The notes under the pieces: generated by a model | The model's input: only the letters and a program-made list of their open reading frames with translations | Told to the model about the DNA's origin: nothing | Databases searched by the model: none | Made by a program: the position numbers and the translations under genes | Shown here: piece after piece, positions 48,065 through 61,594 of the stretch | Numbering within the stretch: the stretch's first letter is position 1 | Layout of the letters: each line of letters begins with the position of its first letter | NCBI RefSeq assembly: GCF_004010195.1 | Contig: NC_057750.1 | Span: 1,337,262-1,401,261, forward strand | Length of the DNA: 64,000 nt | Source: Chiloscyllium plagiosum | Taxonomy: Eukaryota | Direction: 5' to 3'

Positions 48065-50799
48065 TTCTTTGGGCCTCCAAATAGTTCCAGAGATGTAGAG
48101 GAAAGGATAGCAAAGATAATCCTGGATAGGAGTGAGAATGACAGGGTAATTGTTATGGGGGCTTTAACTTTCCAAATATTGTCTGGGAATGTTATAGGTC
48201 AAGTACTTTAGATGGGTCAGTTTTTGTGCAGTGTATGCAGGAGGGTTTCCTGACACAGTGTGTAGACAAGCCAACAAGGGGCAAGGCCACACTGGATTTG
48301 GTACTGGATAATAAACCAGCTAGGTGTTAGATTTGGAGGTAGGTGAGCACTTGGGTGATAGTGACCACAATTCGGTTATATTTATTTTCGCTATGGAAAG
48401 ATAGGTATATGCCACAGGACAAGAGTTATAGCTGGGGGAGAGGCAATTATGATGTGATTAGGCAAGATTTAGGATGCATAGGATGGGAAGGATACTGCAG
48501 GGGATGGGGACAATTGAAATGTGGAGCTTATTCAAGGAACAGCTACAGCGTGTCCTTGATAAGTATGTAGCTGTCAGGCAGGGAGGAAGTGGCCAAGTCA
48601 GGGAGATGTGGTTTACTAAGGAGGATGAATCTCTTGTCAAGGAGAAGAAAAGGGCTTACGTTAGCATGAGATGTGAAGGTTCAGTTAGGCCACTTGAGAG
48701 TTACAAGTTAGCCAGGAAAGACCTAAAGAGAGAGCTAAGGAGAGCCAGGAGGGGACTTGAAGAGTCTTTGGCAGGTAGGATCAAGGAAAACCCTAAGGCT
48801 TTTTACAGGTGTATCAGGAATAAAAGAAAGACTAGGATAAGATTAGAGACAATCAATGACAGTAGTGGGAAGTTGTGCGAGGAGTCAGAGGAGATGTGAG
48901 AGGGGCTAAATGAATATTTTTTGTCTGTATTCACATTGGAAAATGACAATGTTGTTGAGCAGAATACTGTGATATTGGCTATTAGACTGGACGGGATTGA
49001 GGTTCACAAGGAGGAGGTGTCAGCAATTCTGGAAAGTGTGAAAATAGATAAGTCCCCTGGGATGGATGGGATTTATCCTAGGATTCTATGAGAAGCCAGG
49101 GAGGAGATTGCCAAGCCTTTGGCTTTGATCTTTATGTTTTCATCGTCTACAGGAATAGTGCCAGAAGACTGGAGGATAGCAAATGTTCCCTTGTTCAAGA
49201 AGGGGAGTAGAGACAACCCTGGTAATTATAGACCAATGAGTCTTACTTCGGTTGTGGGTAAGGTGTTGGAAAAGGTTATAAGAGAGAGGATTTATAATCA
49301 TGTGGAGGGGAATAAGTTGATTAGGGACAGTCAACCCAGTTTTGTGAGGGGTAGGTCTTGCCTTACAAATCTTATTGAGATCTCTGAGATGGTGACCAAA
49401 CAGGTGGATGAGGGTAAAGCAGTTGATGTGGTGTATATGGATTTCAGTAAGGCATTTGATAAGGTTCCCCACGATAGGCTATTGCACAAAATATGGAGGC
49501 ATGGGATTGAGGGTGGCTTAGCGTTGCGGATCAGAGGTTGGCTAGTTGATAGAAGACAGAGTGTGGTGGTTGATGGGAAATATTCATCCTTGAGTTCAGT
49601 TAATAGCGGTGTACCCCAAGGAATTGTTTTGGGTCTACTGCTGTTTGTCCTTTTTATAATTGACTGGATGAGGGTACAGGAGGATGGGTTAGTAAATTTG
49701 AGGATGACACTAAGGTCGGTGAAGTTGTGGATAGTGCCAAAGGATGTTGCAGGTTACAGAGGGTCATAGATAAGCTGCAAAGCTGGGCTCAGAGGTGGCA
49801 AATGGAGTTTAATGCAGAAATGTGAGGTGATTCACTACAGAATGAGCAACAGGAATGCAGACTACTGGGCTAATGGTAATATTCTTGCTCGTGTTAATGA
49901 GCAGAGAGATCTCGGTGTCCATGTACGTAGATCCCTGAAGTTGCCATCTAGGTTGATAGGGTTGTTAAGAAGGCATACAGTGTGTTAGCTTTTATTGGTA
50001 GAGGGATTGAATTTCAGAACCATGAGGTCATGCTGCAGCTATACAATAATTTGGTGTGGCCACACTTGGAGTATTGCGTACAATTCTGGTCACCGCATTA
50101 CAGGAAGGATGTGGAAACTTTGGAAAGGGTTCAGAGGAGATTTACTAGGATGTTGCCTGATATGGAGGGAAGGTCTTATGAGGAAAGGCTGAGGGACTTG
50201 AGGCTGTTTTCATTAGACTGAAGAAGGTTGCGAGGTGACTTAATAGAGGCAAACAAGATGATCAGAGGATTAGATCGGGTGGACAGTGAGAGCCTTTTTC
50301 CTCGGATGGTGATAGCTAGTACGAGGGGGCATAGCTTTAAATTGAGGGGTGATAGATATAGGACAGATGCCAGAGGTAGTTTCTTTACTCAGAGAGTAAA
50401 GGACATGGAACGCACTGCCTGCAACAATAGTAGACTCACCAAATTTAAGGGCATTTAAATGGTCATTGCATCGACATATGGATGAGAATGGAATAGTGTA
50501 GGTTAGATGGGCTTCAGGTTTGTTCCACAGGTCAGCACAACATCGAGGGCCGAAGGGCCTGTACTGCGCTGGAATGTTCTATGTTTAGTCTTCATCCACC
50601 ATTGACTTACACTTCCCCAACTCCAACTGAATGTGAGTCCTCTTATGAACATTTTTCAGGGATAATTAGATCGAACAAAATCTCAGCGATTTGGAAAAGA
50701 ACAAATTTAGCTTCTTTCTTCAAAAGAGGCAAAGGGAGAACGATTACACTCCAAAGGCATTATCATTATGCAGCACCAATCCATTAGACAATTGTCCAG

Positions 50800-51008
50800 A
50801 TTCTGAAGTCACACGACACCAGGTTATAGTCCAACAGGTTTAATTGGAAGCACTAGCTTTCGGAGCGTTGCTCCCTCATCAGATGGTTGTCATCAGGAGC
50901 AGCGCTCCAAAGTCTAGTGCTCCCAAATAAACCTGTTGGACTATAACCTGGTTTTGTATGATTTTTAACTTTGTACACCCCAGTACAACACCAGCACCTC
51001 CACATCAC
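50800..51008. mobile_element. Palindromic Penelope-derived element (family B)
   Basis: Arms plus tail; minus hammerhead 50851-50885 CAU-CUGAUGA-G-GGAGC(AAC)GCUCC-GAAA-GC-UA-GUG. Confidence 0.85.
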
Positions 51009-51344
51009 AGTCACTCAGCGCAGGAGGCTCATCATTGCGTATGTTTCAGGCTTATTGCCTTCTCAGGAGGTCAAGGGGAATGAGAGTTGAGGCCAAAGAT
51101 TTGCCACAGTCATATTCATCGGCAGCACTGGCTTGAAAGGCTATTTCTCACATCTGTTCTCGAGTGTTTGAAGGTCTTAGGAGGAAGAGCTTAAGGGGGC
51201 ATCTTGTGAGAGTATTTGAACAAAATGAATAGAATAAATATTTCTGCACTGCTTTAGATATAACAAATTAAAAATTTATGGAGAAATAAGAATTCAAGAA
51301 GCAATGTTTTTATTCATAAGGCAGTAGGTAATGGGAACACCACC

Positions 51345-51560
51345 CCATGCAAGTTCCCCTCCAAGCCCCTCACCATCCTGACTTGGAAATATATCACCAT
51401 TCCTTCAGTGTTGCTGGGTCAGATTCCTGGAATTCCCTCCCTAAGTCATTGTGGGTCAACCCACAGCACATGGACTGCAGCGGGTTCAAGAAGGCAGCTC
51501 ACCCCCCCACCTTCTCAAGGGGAGGCAACTAGGGACGGGGCAATAAATGATGGCCACTTC
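51345..51560 (+). mobile_element. CR1/L2-group LINE 3' end
   Basis: HHPDLEIYHHSFSVAGSDSWNSLP; tail AACTAGGGACGGGGCAATAAATG. Confidence 0.8.
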
Positions 51561-52542
51561 TCACCAGTGCAATAAAAAGTATGTGGCACAGGATTGGGAC
51601 CACAAAACCTTGATGGAGTTCAAAAAGGGAATGGACCTAGTCATGGAACCATCAGCCGACATGAATCTGCAGGATTCAGAGTCTTGATGTCATGCTGGAA
51701 AGTGATCACAAACTTGAACTCACCATGACCCCCACGGGGCTAGTTGACCCACAGTTGACCTGCTAATGGGCCATAAGAAGCGATGGTTACCCTGAGGCAG
51801 GCAGGTGACTCTGAGAACCAAACATCAAACAGGCCACATGCCAGGGAGGACCTCCTCTGCTGGGAATTTTGGCATAGTGGGAGCTGCTCTTCCCTGCTCC
51901 CTCTTCAGCCCATGTGCGTGCTGGGATTGGAGGGGCTGAAAATCTTCTTGCAGAAGCTGTACGGTAAATAAAAGTAGATATCAGAAATAAATGCTGGAAT
52001 TGTCAGAGCCAACAGTATGAAACCAGAACAAAACAATTGAGCATTTGGGAGCATTTTACTCCCAGACACCAATTACCTCAGGCTATAACGTGTCCATTAC
52101 TGTACTGTGCCAATCCAAGATTGCAGGCTATAGTAAGGAGTGACTTTAGTGCCGTTCCTAATTAATTCTATTGATATTTTGCTAAACTGAGCATATCAGT
52201 TTTTTAAATATAAATTGGTGCAATTTGTAACAATAGACTTCACACTTCATTGGACCTTTTATGTCGGACCTCCCCATGCATCTGGATAAAGTTTCTTTGC
52301 TGTGTTTTCCAGACAATGCACAGTAGGGATTTAATTTGTAAACTGTGTATTGCCTGGTTACTGCTTATGAATGGTCGATGGGGCATCTTTTACCCAGTAT
52401 CACAGCAGTGACTAAATAAATACACTTTAATATCTTCTGCATAGAACCAATAGGATTTACTCCATTCATTTAAGGATCACATTCCTGGATTTTCCCCAAT
52501 GTTTCTTTGAGTGCTGTTTGCAGGATCACAATTTCATTGAGT

Positions 52543-52865
52543 GCCTACAGCGTGGAAGCAGGCCATTCGGCCCATTGAGTCTGCACTGACCCTCTGAAGA
52601 GCATCCCACCCAGACCTGGGCACTGCCCTATCCCCATAACTTCACACTTATCATTGATAGCCTACCCAGCCTGCACACTACGGGGCAATCCATCGTAACC
52701 TGAATATCTTTGGACTGTGGGAGGAAACCAGAGCACCTAGAGGAAACTCACGCAGACATGGGGAGAATGTGCAAACTCCACACAGTCACCCGAGTGTGGA
52801 ATCAAACCTGGGTCCCTGGTGCTGTGAGGCAGCTGTGCTAAGCACTGGGCCACCGTGCCGCCCCA
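52543..52865 (-). mobile_element. HE1-type V-SINE
   Basis: Head, V-domain and tail. Confidence 0.88.
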
Positions 52866-53361
52866 TTGATGGGGGAGAATCGATAGCTATGTTTCTGCCT
52901 CTGTATTGTTCACGTGCACTCTGACCACCAGCCAATTGGAGAGCTGCTCTCATGCTGATGGGTCCTGGCCCAGGACACTGGTGCAAATTAAAAGATAATT
53001 CAGGCGAATCTTGCTGTAGGTCAGTCAGCCTTGATAAGGTGTGTAAGTTGGGATTTGAACTCACAGCCTTGTGGCTTTGTGCTGCCACAGGTTGTGCATG
53101 GTTCCAACTTAAAGTAGAGAGGCCAATCGCTCCACAGCCAATGAATGACACAGAGACAGGTGACTATAACAATGGCACAGAGCACCATGTTAACCTTTCT
53201 GAGCTCCCAGTTCAGCCACACAGAATGCATTTGATTATGGTCTCTCTAGTCCCTGGGCATCCATCTTGACCATACAGTGACCTTGCTTTCATCGCCTTCT
53301 CTCCTCAGGACAATAATCACCTGAAGATAGAGACTGCACAGAGAGGTGAGCAAAGAATAAA

Positions 53362-54108
53362 GACCAATACAGCAAAGGAATACAGGCCGTTCGGCCCTCC
53401 AAGCCTGTGCCTGCACATTTTGCCCTTCCATACTAAAACTGTCTTCCCTTACAGGATCCATATCCCTCTATTCCCTTCCTATTCCTGTATTCATCCAGGT
53501 GCTTCTTGAATTCTGTTACTGTGTCTGCTTCCACCACCTCCTCTGGCAGCACGTTCCAGGTGCTCACCGCCCTTTGTGTGAAATACTTACCTCACACACC
53601 TCCCTTAAACTTCCCCTCTCACACCTTAAACCTGTGACCCCTAGTAACTGACCTCTCCACCCTGGGGAAAAAGCCACATACTTTCCACTCTATCCATTCC
53701 ATTCACAATCTTATAAACTTCTACCAGGTTTCCCCTCAACCTCCTGCGTTCCAGTGAAAGTGAACTCAGTCTATCCAACCTTTCCTCATCGCTAAAATGA
53801 CCAGAACAGTACACAATATTCCAAGTGTGACCTAACTAAAGTTCCAACATAACTTGCCTATCCTTTATACTCAATGCCCCATCCAATGAAGAGCTGATAT
53901 AGCATGGTGCTGGAAAAGCACAGCAGGTCAGGCAGCATCCGAGGAGCAGGAGAGTCAACATTTCGGGCCGGACCCTCCTTCAGGACCCCTGGCCTGCTGT
54001 GTTTTTCCAGCGCCACACTTTATCAACTCTCCAGCTATCCTCACTATCTCCCCTTCCAGTGAAGACAAGCATACCATTGGCCTGTTTTACTACCTTCCCT
54101 ACCTGAGT
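53362..54108 (-). mobile_element. CR1 3' fragment containing a family-A insert (~53893-54050)
   Basis: CR1 3' motifs; insert TGCTGGAAAAGCACAGCAGGTCAGGCAGCATCC with degenerate TSD CCAATGAAGA/CCAGTGAAGA. Confidence 0.8.
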
Positions 54109-55147
54109 AGGTGATGTGTCTGATTTTTGTTTGATATATAAAACAGGCATCAATGCGACATGGAAGGATAGAGCCTAACCATTAGACTAACCGGGCTATT
54201 TTCATCAGTTATAATTTTGAAATTGTTCCTTTTTGAGGTCAGTGATGTAGTGTATTTAGAAAATACTAACCTCAGAGTACAAATATTTTGTGCTAGATTA
54301 ATCAATTAGAGCCTGGATGAGGCTTTAACAGTATGGGCCATTTGTTAGCCCTTCTGTTTTTTGTAAAAATAGCAAGCTAATGGATTGCTCCTGTATGAAG
54401 GATAGATGTACTGATGGATTGGGAAATGTGATCCTCCAGCCTGCATTTCGATTTACTTAAACTAGGAGAATGGCTCCCTTCCCACTCCCAGCTGAGATTC
54501 TTCACTTACATTGTGATTTGCCATTTAAATTCACTCAGAATTCAGCAGCAATTTCCTCTGAAAGGCTTGAAATAAACAGTTCTTTGTGGCCAGGCTCAGC
54601 TGGAATGAAAATGAAGGAGATCTGTGTTTCTCTGTAACTCATCAAGAACAAATCAGTCGTTTTCTCATCCATCTCTTTCAGCCTCCCCTCAAGTTTGGGA
54701 GGTGACGAGAAATGATTAATCTTTTATGTCGAGGCTTCAAAAACCCCTCGATTTGAAAACATGGTGTTTGTACATGAGTTGATTTCCTATAATTACAGAA
54801 TGAAATTGGCTCAGAAGAGGAACTCACATGGTCAGAGAGCTAAATAGTAACAGATTATGATTTAAAAGATTCTGATCTGCTTTCACCTCCAGTAATTACT
54901 TCTTGTACAAACTTGAAACCACATTAAGTCCAAAAAGAATTCATGTTTAACAATAAGATCCAGTGTCAGACACGTTAAGGTATTTAGAGATTTAATTGCC
55001 ATTTCTTCAGAAGTGCTTTGGGCAAATTTGACTGAAAATAGAATTTGCAGTCAAATGATTTTCTGGTGGTAAGGTAGGAGCTCCAGTGTGTGTTTGGACC
55101 TTCACAGAGAAAGCAGATGGTTCCTGGTACACTCAGGACAGACAATG

Positions 55148-55412
55148 ATAGAATTCTTACAGTGCGAAAGCAGGCCATTCAACACCGACCCTCTGTAAAG
55201 CATCCCACCCAATCCCTGTAAACGGGCATTTCCCACGGCCAATCTACCTAACCTAAGCATCTTTGGACTGTGGGAGGAAACCGGAGCATCCGGAGGAAAC
55301 CCACACAGACACGGGGAAAATGTGCAAACTCCACACAGACAGTCACCTGAGGCTGGAATCGAACCTGGGTCCCTGGCGCCGTGAGGCAGCAGTGCTAACC
55401 ACTGAGCCACCA
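55148..55412 (-). mobile_element. HE1-type V-SINE
   Basis: Head, V-domain and tail. Confidence 0.9.
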
Positions 55413-56439
55413 ACCAGGTGCCACTGCCAGTGACAGAGGCATTGTGAGGAGAGCTCTCTGTCCTTTATTAGTTTGTCTTTGTTCAGATGTGGATCCATCA
55501 GTATTGGGACAGATCTCCGATAATTGTATTAAAAAGAAGAATTCATTCAGTCAGGATTCCCCAATCCCACGGAGAAGTTCTGATTATCCGAGAGGTGACA
55601 TCCCCAATAATCCCAGTCTGTCTGAGCTAGCTACATCCAACCCCACCACCTGGAATGGAACTGTCTGTTCTCTGCTGGGTCAGGTTTGTCTGGGGGGAGG
55701 TGACAGACGGTGACCCCACCTTCCTACCTCTGTCCTGGTATTACTCCTGCAGCAAGAATATTATCTGAAAGACAGGAAACTGGAGTGTAGGATCATCAGA
55801 TCAGGCTTGATCTCAATGAATGTCAGAGGAGACTCAGTGGGCTGAATGGCCTATTCTACTCACATGTCTTACGGTCTATCCTGCTCATAGATGTTATGGC
55901 ACGGCTCTAGAGCAGATGGGACCTGAACTCAGGCCTCCTGGCTCAGAGGTAAGGACACTACTATGACCCATGAATGGCCGTCACATCTCATTGCCCATTG
56001 AGCCTCTTAAGAGGCTATTTAATGCCCTATGAAGAGCCTCAGCCCAACACTGTGTTTGCCAAGCGGGAACTCACTGGGCAGTGAGCACGCCAAACCCTCC
56101 CAAGACTCAACGGCTGATCAAAGGAAGGGGGAATGGGAGTGTCTGACAGGGTCCTGATCAGAGACACCCCCACCCCTTAGAGAGGAGCACTTTCCCTCTG
56201 ACCTTTTTCCTGCATTCACTCACCTCTGCTCCAGGATCCAGATGGGTTATGGATGGGTGTTGTACCAGCACCAACCACATCCCATGGTGGCACTGTTGTT
56301 CAGTTTAGCAGCCGGTCCCCAGTACCTTGCTGTAGATAATCCCTCCGCCCTCAGGAAACAGGACAGAAAATGGCAACTCTCACCCTGAATGCTGAGATTG
56401 AATGCCCATAAAAAGGAATCAGACCAACAGAATCTCAAC

Positions 56440-56642
56440 TGGGAGAACGTGAGGATTGCAGATGCTGGAAAAGCACAACAGGTCAGGCAGCATCCGAGGA
56501 GCAGGAGAATCGACGTTTCGGGCCTACACGCTTCATCAAGAATGAAGCCCATCCTGATGAAGGGCTTCTACCCAAAACATTGACTCTCCTGCTCCTCGGA
56601 TGCTGTCTGACCTGCTGTGCTTTTCCAGCAGCACACTCACGG
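56440..56642. mobile_element. Palindromic Penelope-derived element (family A)
   Basis: Arms plus tail, CTGATGA at 56554; perfect 14-bp TSD AACAGAATCTCAAC at 56426-56439 and 56643-56656. Confidence 0.88.
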
Positions 56643-57189
56643 AACAGAATCTCAACCAAGCTTCAAAACTAAGTATCTTGAAATCAATTATTCAACATGC
56701 AATGTCACTACTACCATTAACCTCTACTCAACCTTCGTCTCTCTGCACTTCACAATCAGTTCACAGGCTGATCTGTATACCTCTCATTTTTAACGTTTTG
56801 AACTCACTCTTATATCAAATCAGCATGTGCATGTTGTGTTCTTAATCCAACTTAATTCACTCCTTGTTAATGCAAGAACGCCTGATTAAATTGGCTCCTT
56901 TGAAAATGGGACAGAGGAATCACATAGAAAGGAATCCGACAAAAATTAATCTTGTTGTGGCTAATCGAGGGGACGGGTGAGTTAAGAGAAGCCATTTCAC
57001 ACCCCTCGCCTAGGATTTAGGGTGTTCCACCTGAAATTGGGAATTTCACCAGGATTACTGTCACACAAACTCCACTGACACCCACAGACACAGTCACCTG
57101 CACGCACATCTGAGAAGACACCATGTATTTGTATTGATCCATATACCATAGCTCATACACTGATACTCACCTGTAATCATAGAGACTCA

Positions 57190-57925
57190 CACCCTGTACA
57201 CTCACACAGAGATATACATACATACACTCACTCAGACACACACACACATACACTCACACATGTACACTCACACAGAGGTATACATACACTCACTCAGACA
57301 CACACATACGCACACACACATACACTCACACACGTACACTCACACAGAGGTATACATACACTCACTCAGACACACACACACGTACACTCACACATGTACA
57401 CTCACACAGAGGTATACATACACTCACTCAGACACACACACACGTACACTCACACATGTACACTCACACAGAGGTATACATACACTCACTCAGACACACA
57501 CACACGTACACTCACACATGTACACTCACACAGAGGTATACATACACTCACTCAGACACACACACACGTACACTCACACATGTACACTCACACAGAGGTA
57601 TACATACACTCACTCAGACACACACACACGTACACTCACACATGTACACTCACACAGAGGTATACATACACTCACTACACACAGATATACATTCACTCAG
57701 ACACATGTATACTCATACAGAGATATACATACACTCACTCAGACACACACACATATACACGTACACTCACACAGAGATATACATACACTCACTCAGATAC
57801 AATAATTCACACACACGTATGCTCACACACAGATAAACATGCACTCAGATGCACACATACATACACACACTCAAAAACAATAACTCACACACATACACTC
57901 ACACGCACCCACAGACACACACACT
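57190..57925 (+). repeat. CA-rich minisatellite with a 62-bp higher-order unit
   Basis: Identical ORF starts at 57394 and 57456; unit ATGTACACTCACACAGAGGTATACATACACTCACTCAGACACACACACACGTACACTCACAC. Confidence 0.92.
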
Positions 57926-58924
57926 CCGATGTGAACACCTCCTACACAGACCAAATAACCTGTCAGTACACACCAGGAAGGAGTGCAGGTGTTGAATGGT
58001 CACTTAGATGAGATTACAATCAGTGGCCTTAAACACATGACTCCAGTGTGAGGCAGAAAGAGATAGAGAGAGAGAAAGAGGAACAAAATAGGAAGGATGG
58101 AAGACAAGCTGGAATTAATGATGGATTTTAATAGGATGAAGGAAATTTCCACAGTTTTCACCTTGAAAACTTCAATTAGAAGCTGCAAAGACATTGGCCA
58201 CAGGGCTATTCTGATGTCAGCAGCTGGAACATGGGTGAATGTGTGAGGATGTCAGTGTACAGCATTGTACTGCATTGAGCTATTGATGAGCTGGGAGGAG
58301 CTGCGTTCTCAGCACCTTTATACTGTAATACACTAAACCAGGAAATGGGAAATCTAATACCGAAGCTGCAAAAATATTCTTTTCTTCATCAATATTTTAA
58401 TATCCAAATCATGCAGACGGCCTTGAAACCCTCAACTCATTTATAAAAGCACGTCACTTATAAAAATGTAATTTATATTTCATTCAAGCCTTTCCAGAAT
58501 TACTAAAGGGAGTAGGAGGATATCACGAAATTGATCTGTCCCACAAGAGGGAGTGTAATTTGTACGATCTCAGCTCCCCACACAATGGATATATATTCTT
58601 CAAGCTGTGGAAAGAGCATTGGAAAGCGTTGAGAGACTGTGAGCTCATTGAGAGCTTTTCATATACAGACAGGAGGAAGAGCAAGATTAATGCGACAAAT
58701 TATCTGCTCCTGTTCATGCTTCACAAATATCCATAGATTCACTGAAATTGACAGCACAGAGGAGGCCATTCAGCCCAGCATTTCCACATCGACCTGTTAA
58801 AGGGTCGGTCAAAGGCTGTTAAAGGAAGAGGAGAGGTTTAAGAGGGGAATTCCAGAAGTAAAAGAATTGGCAGCTTAAGTTACAGACCCAATGGCGGAAT
58901 GATTAAAATTGCACTCGATACATT

Positions 58925-59457
58925 ATTGTGTGGTTCTGGTCAACTTGTTATAGGAAGGGTGTTAATAAGCTGGAGAGGATTCAGAAGAGATTTACCAGGA
59001 TGTTGCCAGAACTGGAGGGTTTGAGTTATAAGGAGAGGTTGGAAAGGCTGGGACTTTCTTCACTGGAGCGTAAGAGGTTGAGGGGTGACATTTTGAGGTT
59101 TATAAAATAATGAGGGGCATAGATAAGGTGAAGGGCAGGTGTCTTTTCCCAAGGGTGGGGGAGTTCAGTACTGGTGGCATATCTTTAAGGTGAGAGGAGA
59201 AAGATTTTAAAAAGACATGGAGACCAATTATTTTACACAGTGGGTGGTTCGTGTGTGGAATGAACTTCCCAAGAAAGTGGTGGATGTGGGTACAGTTACG
59301 TTTTAAAGATATTTGGAAAAGTTCATGAATAGGAAAGGGTTGGATGGATATGGGCTAGGAGCAGGCAGACAGGATTGGTTTAGTTTGGGATTATGGTCAA
59401 CATGGGCTGGTTGAACCGAAGAGTTTGTTTCCGATCTGTATGGCTCTATGATTCTAT
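58925..59457 (+). mobile_element. CR1 3' fragment
   Basis: LERIQKRFTRMLPELEGLSYKERLERLGLSSLE. Confidence 0.92.
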
Positions 59458-59914
59458 AACAAATTCCTGTTTGCTTCCACGGAACAGAATTGGGATCATC
59501 AAAAACCTGTGAATTGTTTGAGTCTGTACCACTCCAGCTGTGGGTGCTTGGATGAGTGAAACAGAAATCTCATCTTCAGGCAATAATATTCAGTAACCTC
59601 AGCAACAGAAACTGAAACTGCTGGAAAAGCTCAGCAGGTCTGGCAGCATCAGTGGAGAGAAATCAGAATTGATGTTTCATGTCATTCAAAACCAACTCCC
59701 TCAGAGCCAGCTCTTAGAGTGAGCAGAACCTCTGACCCTCCTGTTTATATCTGTCGGCTGGCTCTCCCTGATTGGAGCAGGTTAACAGCCCCAATCAGGG
59801 AACTCAGATTCTATGAGGTCACCTGGGGCTGACCTTGTTACAATCACTACACTCACCTTCCTCTATTGAAGCTTCAATTTTTCATAGGGAGATCATTAGG
59901 ACTGAGATGAGGAG

Positions 59915-60105
59915 AAATCCCTACAGTGTGGACACAAGACTTTCACTCCAACAAGTCCACACTGACCATCCAAAGAGCATGCCACCCAGACCCAGCCTAT
60001 CTCTATACCCCTGCATTTCCCATCCCTTGGCCACTATGTGCAGTTTAGCACGGCCAATCCACCCTAACCCTGCACTGTGAGAGGCAACTGGAGCACCCGG
60101 AGGGA
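59915..60105 (-). mobile_element. HE1-type SINE, partial
   Basis: Tail and partial V-domain. Confidence 0.75.
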
Positions 60106-61119
60106 GCTGAGTTGTTGTGATGTGAGGGGTTTCTGTAACATCCTGCATCCCCCAGAGGGGAGAGCAACTCTAGAACCAACTGGGAGCACTGCTCAGAGAT
60201 TGGACAATAAGAACGATGAGTCAGATTCTGCCATCTAGCCACCCCCCCCCCCCCCCCCCCATTGAGCAAGATCATAGTCACACATACACTGATCATAGGG
60301 CAGTCTCTAGTCGTCTGTTCTTATGCAACAGACAGGTAGTGAGGGTCACTGGGCTATTCGGCTGTGAGATGAATCACCATTCTTCAGCCTGGGTGCCATC
60401 AGCAGAAATCCCTGGAATTCTCATTCAGCCGTGGGAGTGGGGTGGGGGAGCAGTGGGACCCAGTGCAACAGAGATCAGGAAAGATCCCATGCATTTCCCT
60501 GATGTAACTCGGCAGCCAGTTTAGCCGTGGGTCAGCTGAATGCCATTGTTTGGTGAATCGTGTAGCGGTGCTGACTCAGTCAGTTTGCTCAGACATCTGA
60601 GGGGTTTGCAATTTCTCAACCGAGCTGTGATCTGATGATTGTCTTGTCTGCAGTTTACAGACTAATTAGGTGTTCAAGCAACTAAGAGATTGCTCGCCGT
60701 GTTCTGATACATCGAAGTCATTATCATGTTTAAATCTGCTTGCCTTTTGTCCAGTCAGCACGAGATAACTCAGCTCAGGCTTATTAACTACAGCACAACC
60801 TGGGGCTTCTATTAATTCATCACCTTCCCCCCATGTCCCTGAACTGACATTCCCTGCTCGCACTCTGTACAGCAATAGCGACCCAAACTGAGAGGAACAA
60901 GAGAACAACAGACATAGGAGTAATGTTGGCCATTCAGCCCCTCCAGCCCACTGTACAATTCCATCTCAAGTCCCGTTTCCTGGCCTAGTCCTGAATCCCC
61001 CTAATTGCCCAGGAACCGATTGCTCTCTGTCTTGAAGATACCCAATAGCATAGCATCACAAGCACTCTGGAATGGAGAATCCTGAACGTTCTCTGTTTCC
61101 TCTCCATGTGCAGGTTCAC

Positions 61120-61460
61120 AGAGTGCCCACAGTGTGGAAACAGGTCATTCGGCCCAACAATCCATACCAACCCTCCAAAGAGTAACCCACCCTGACCCAT
61201 TGCCCTGACCTATTAATCTACATTTACCCCTGACTAATGCAACTAACTTGCAATTCCCTGAACACTATGGGCAATTTCCCATGGCCAACCCACCCTAACT
61301 GGCACATCTTTCGACTGTGGGAGGGAGTCGGAGCAAACCCACGCAGACACGGGGAGAACATGCAAACTCCACCCAGACAATCACCTGAGGCTGGAATCGA
61401 ACCCAGGACTCTGGTGCTGTGAGGCAGCAGTACTAACCACTGAGCCACTGTGCCACCCCT
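61120..61460 (-). mobile_element. HE1-type V-SINE
   Basis: Head, V-domain and tail. Confidence 0.88.
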
Positions 61461-61594
61461 ATAGGAGTTCTTTAGGGGTTTAACTGGTCCAAGGTGAGAG
61501 AAGGGAACTATCTCACATACATACAGAGAGAAATCTTGTCGGGTGAGCAGGATGTGCCCACACCCATTTACAGGCTTTAAGAGCTGGCTTCATT

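Larger units (their letters stand above)
46765..50585 (+). mobile_element. Large CR1 LINE: ORF1 SGNH esterase, ORF2 APE endonuclease and RT, 3' UTR; inactivated
   Basis: ALVIGDSIV, VHIGTSD, DDLHLN; CVYFNTRSIQNK...DVVAISE; VYMDFSKAFDKVPH; multiple stops and frameshifts. Confidence 0.97.
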
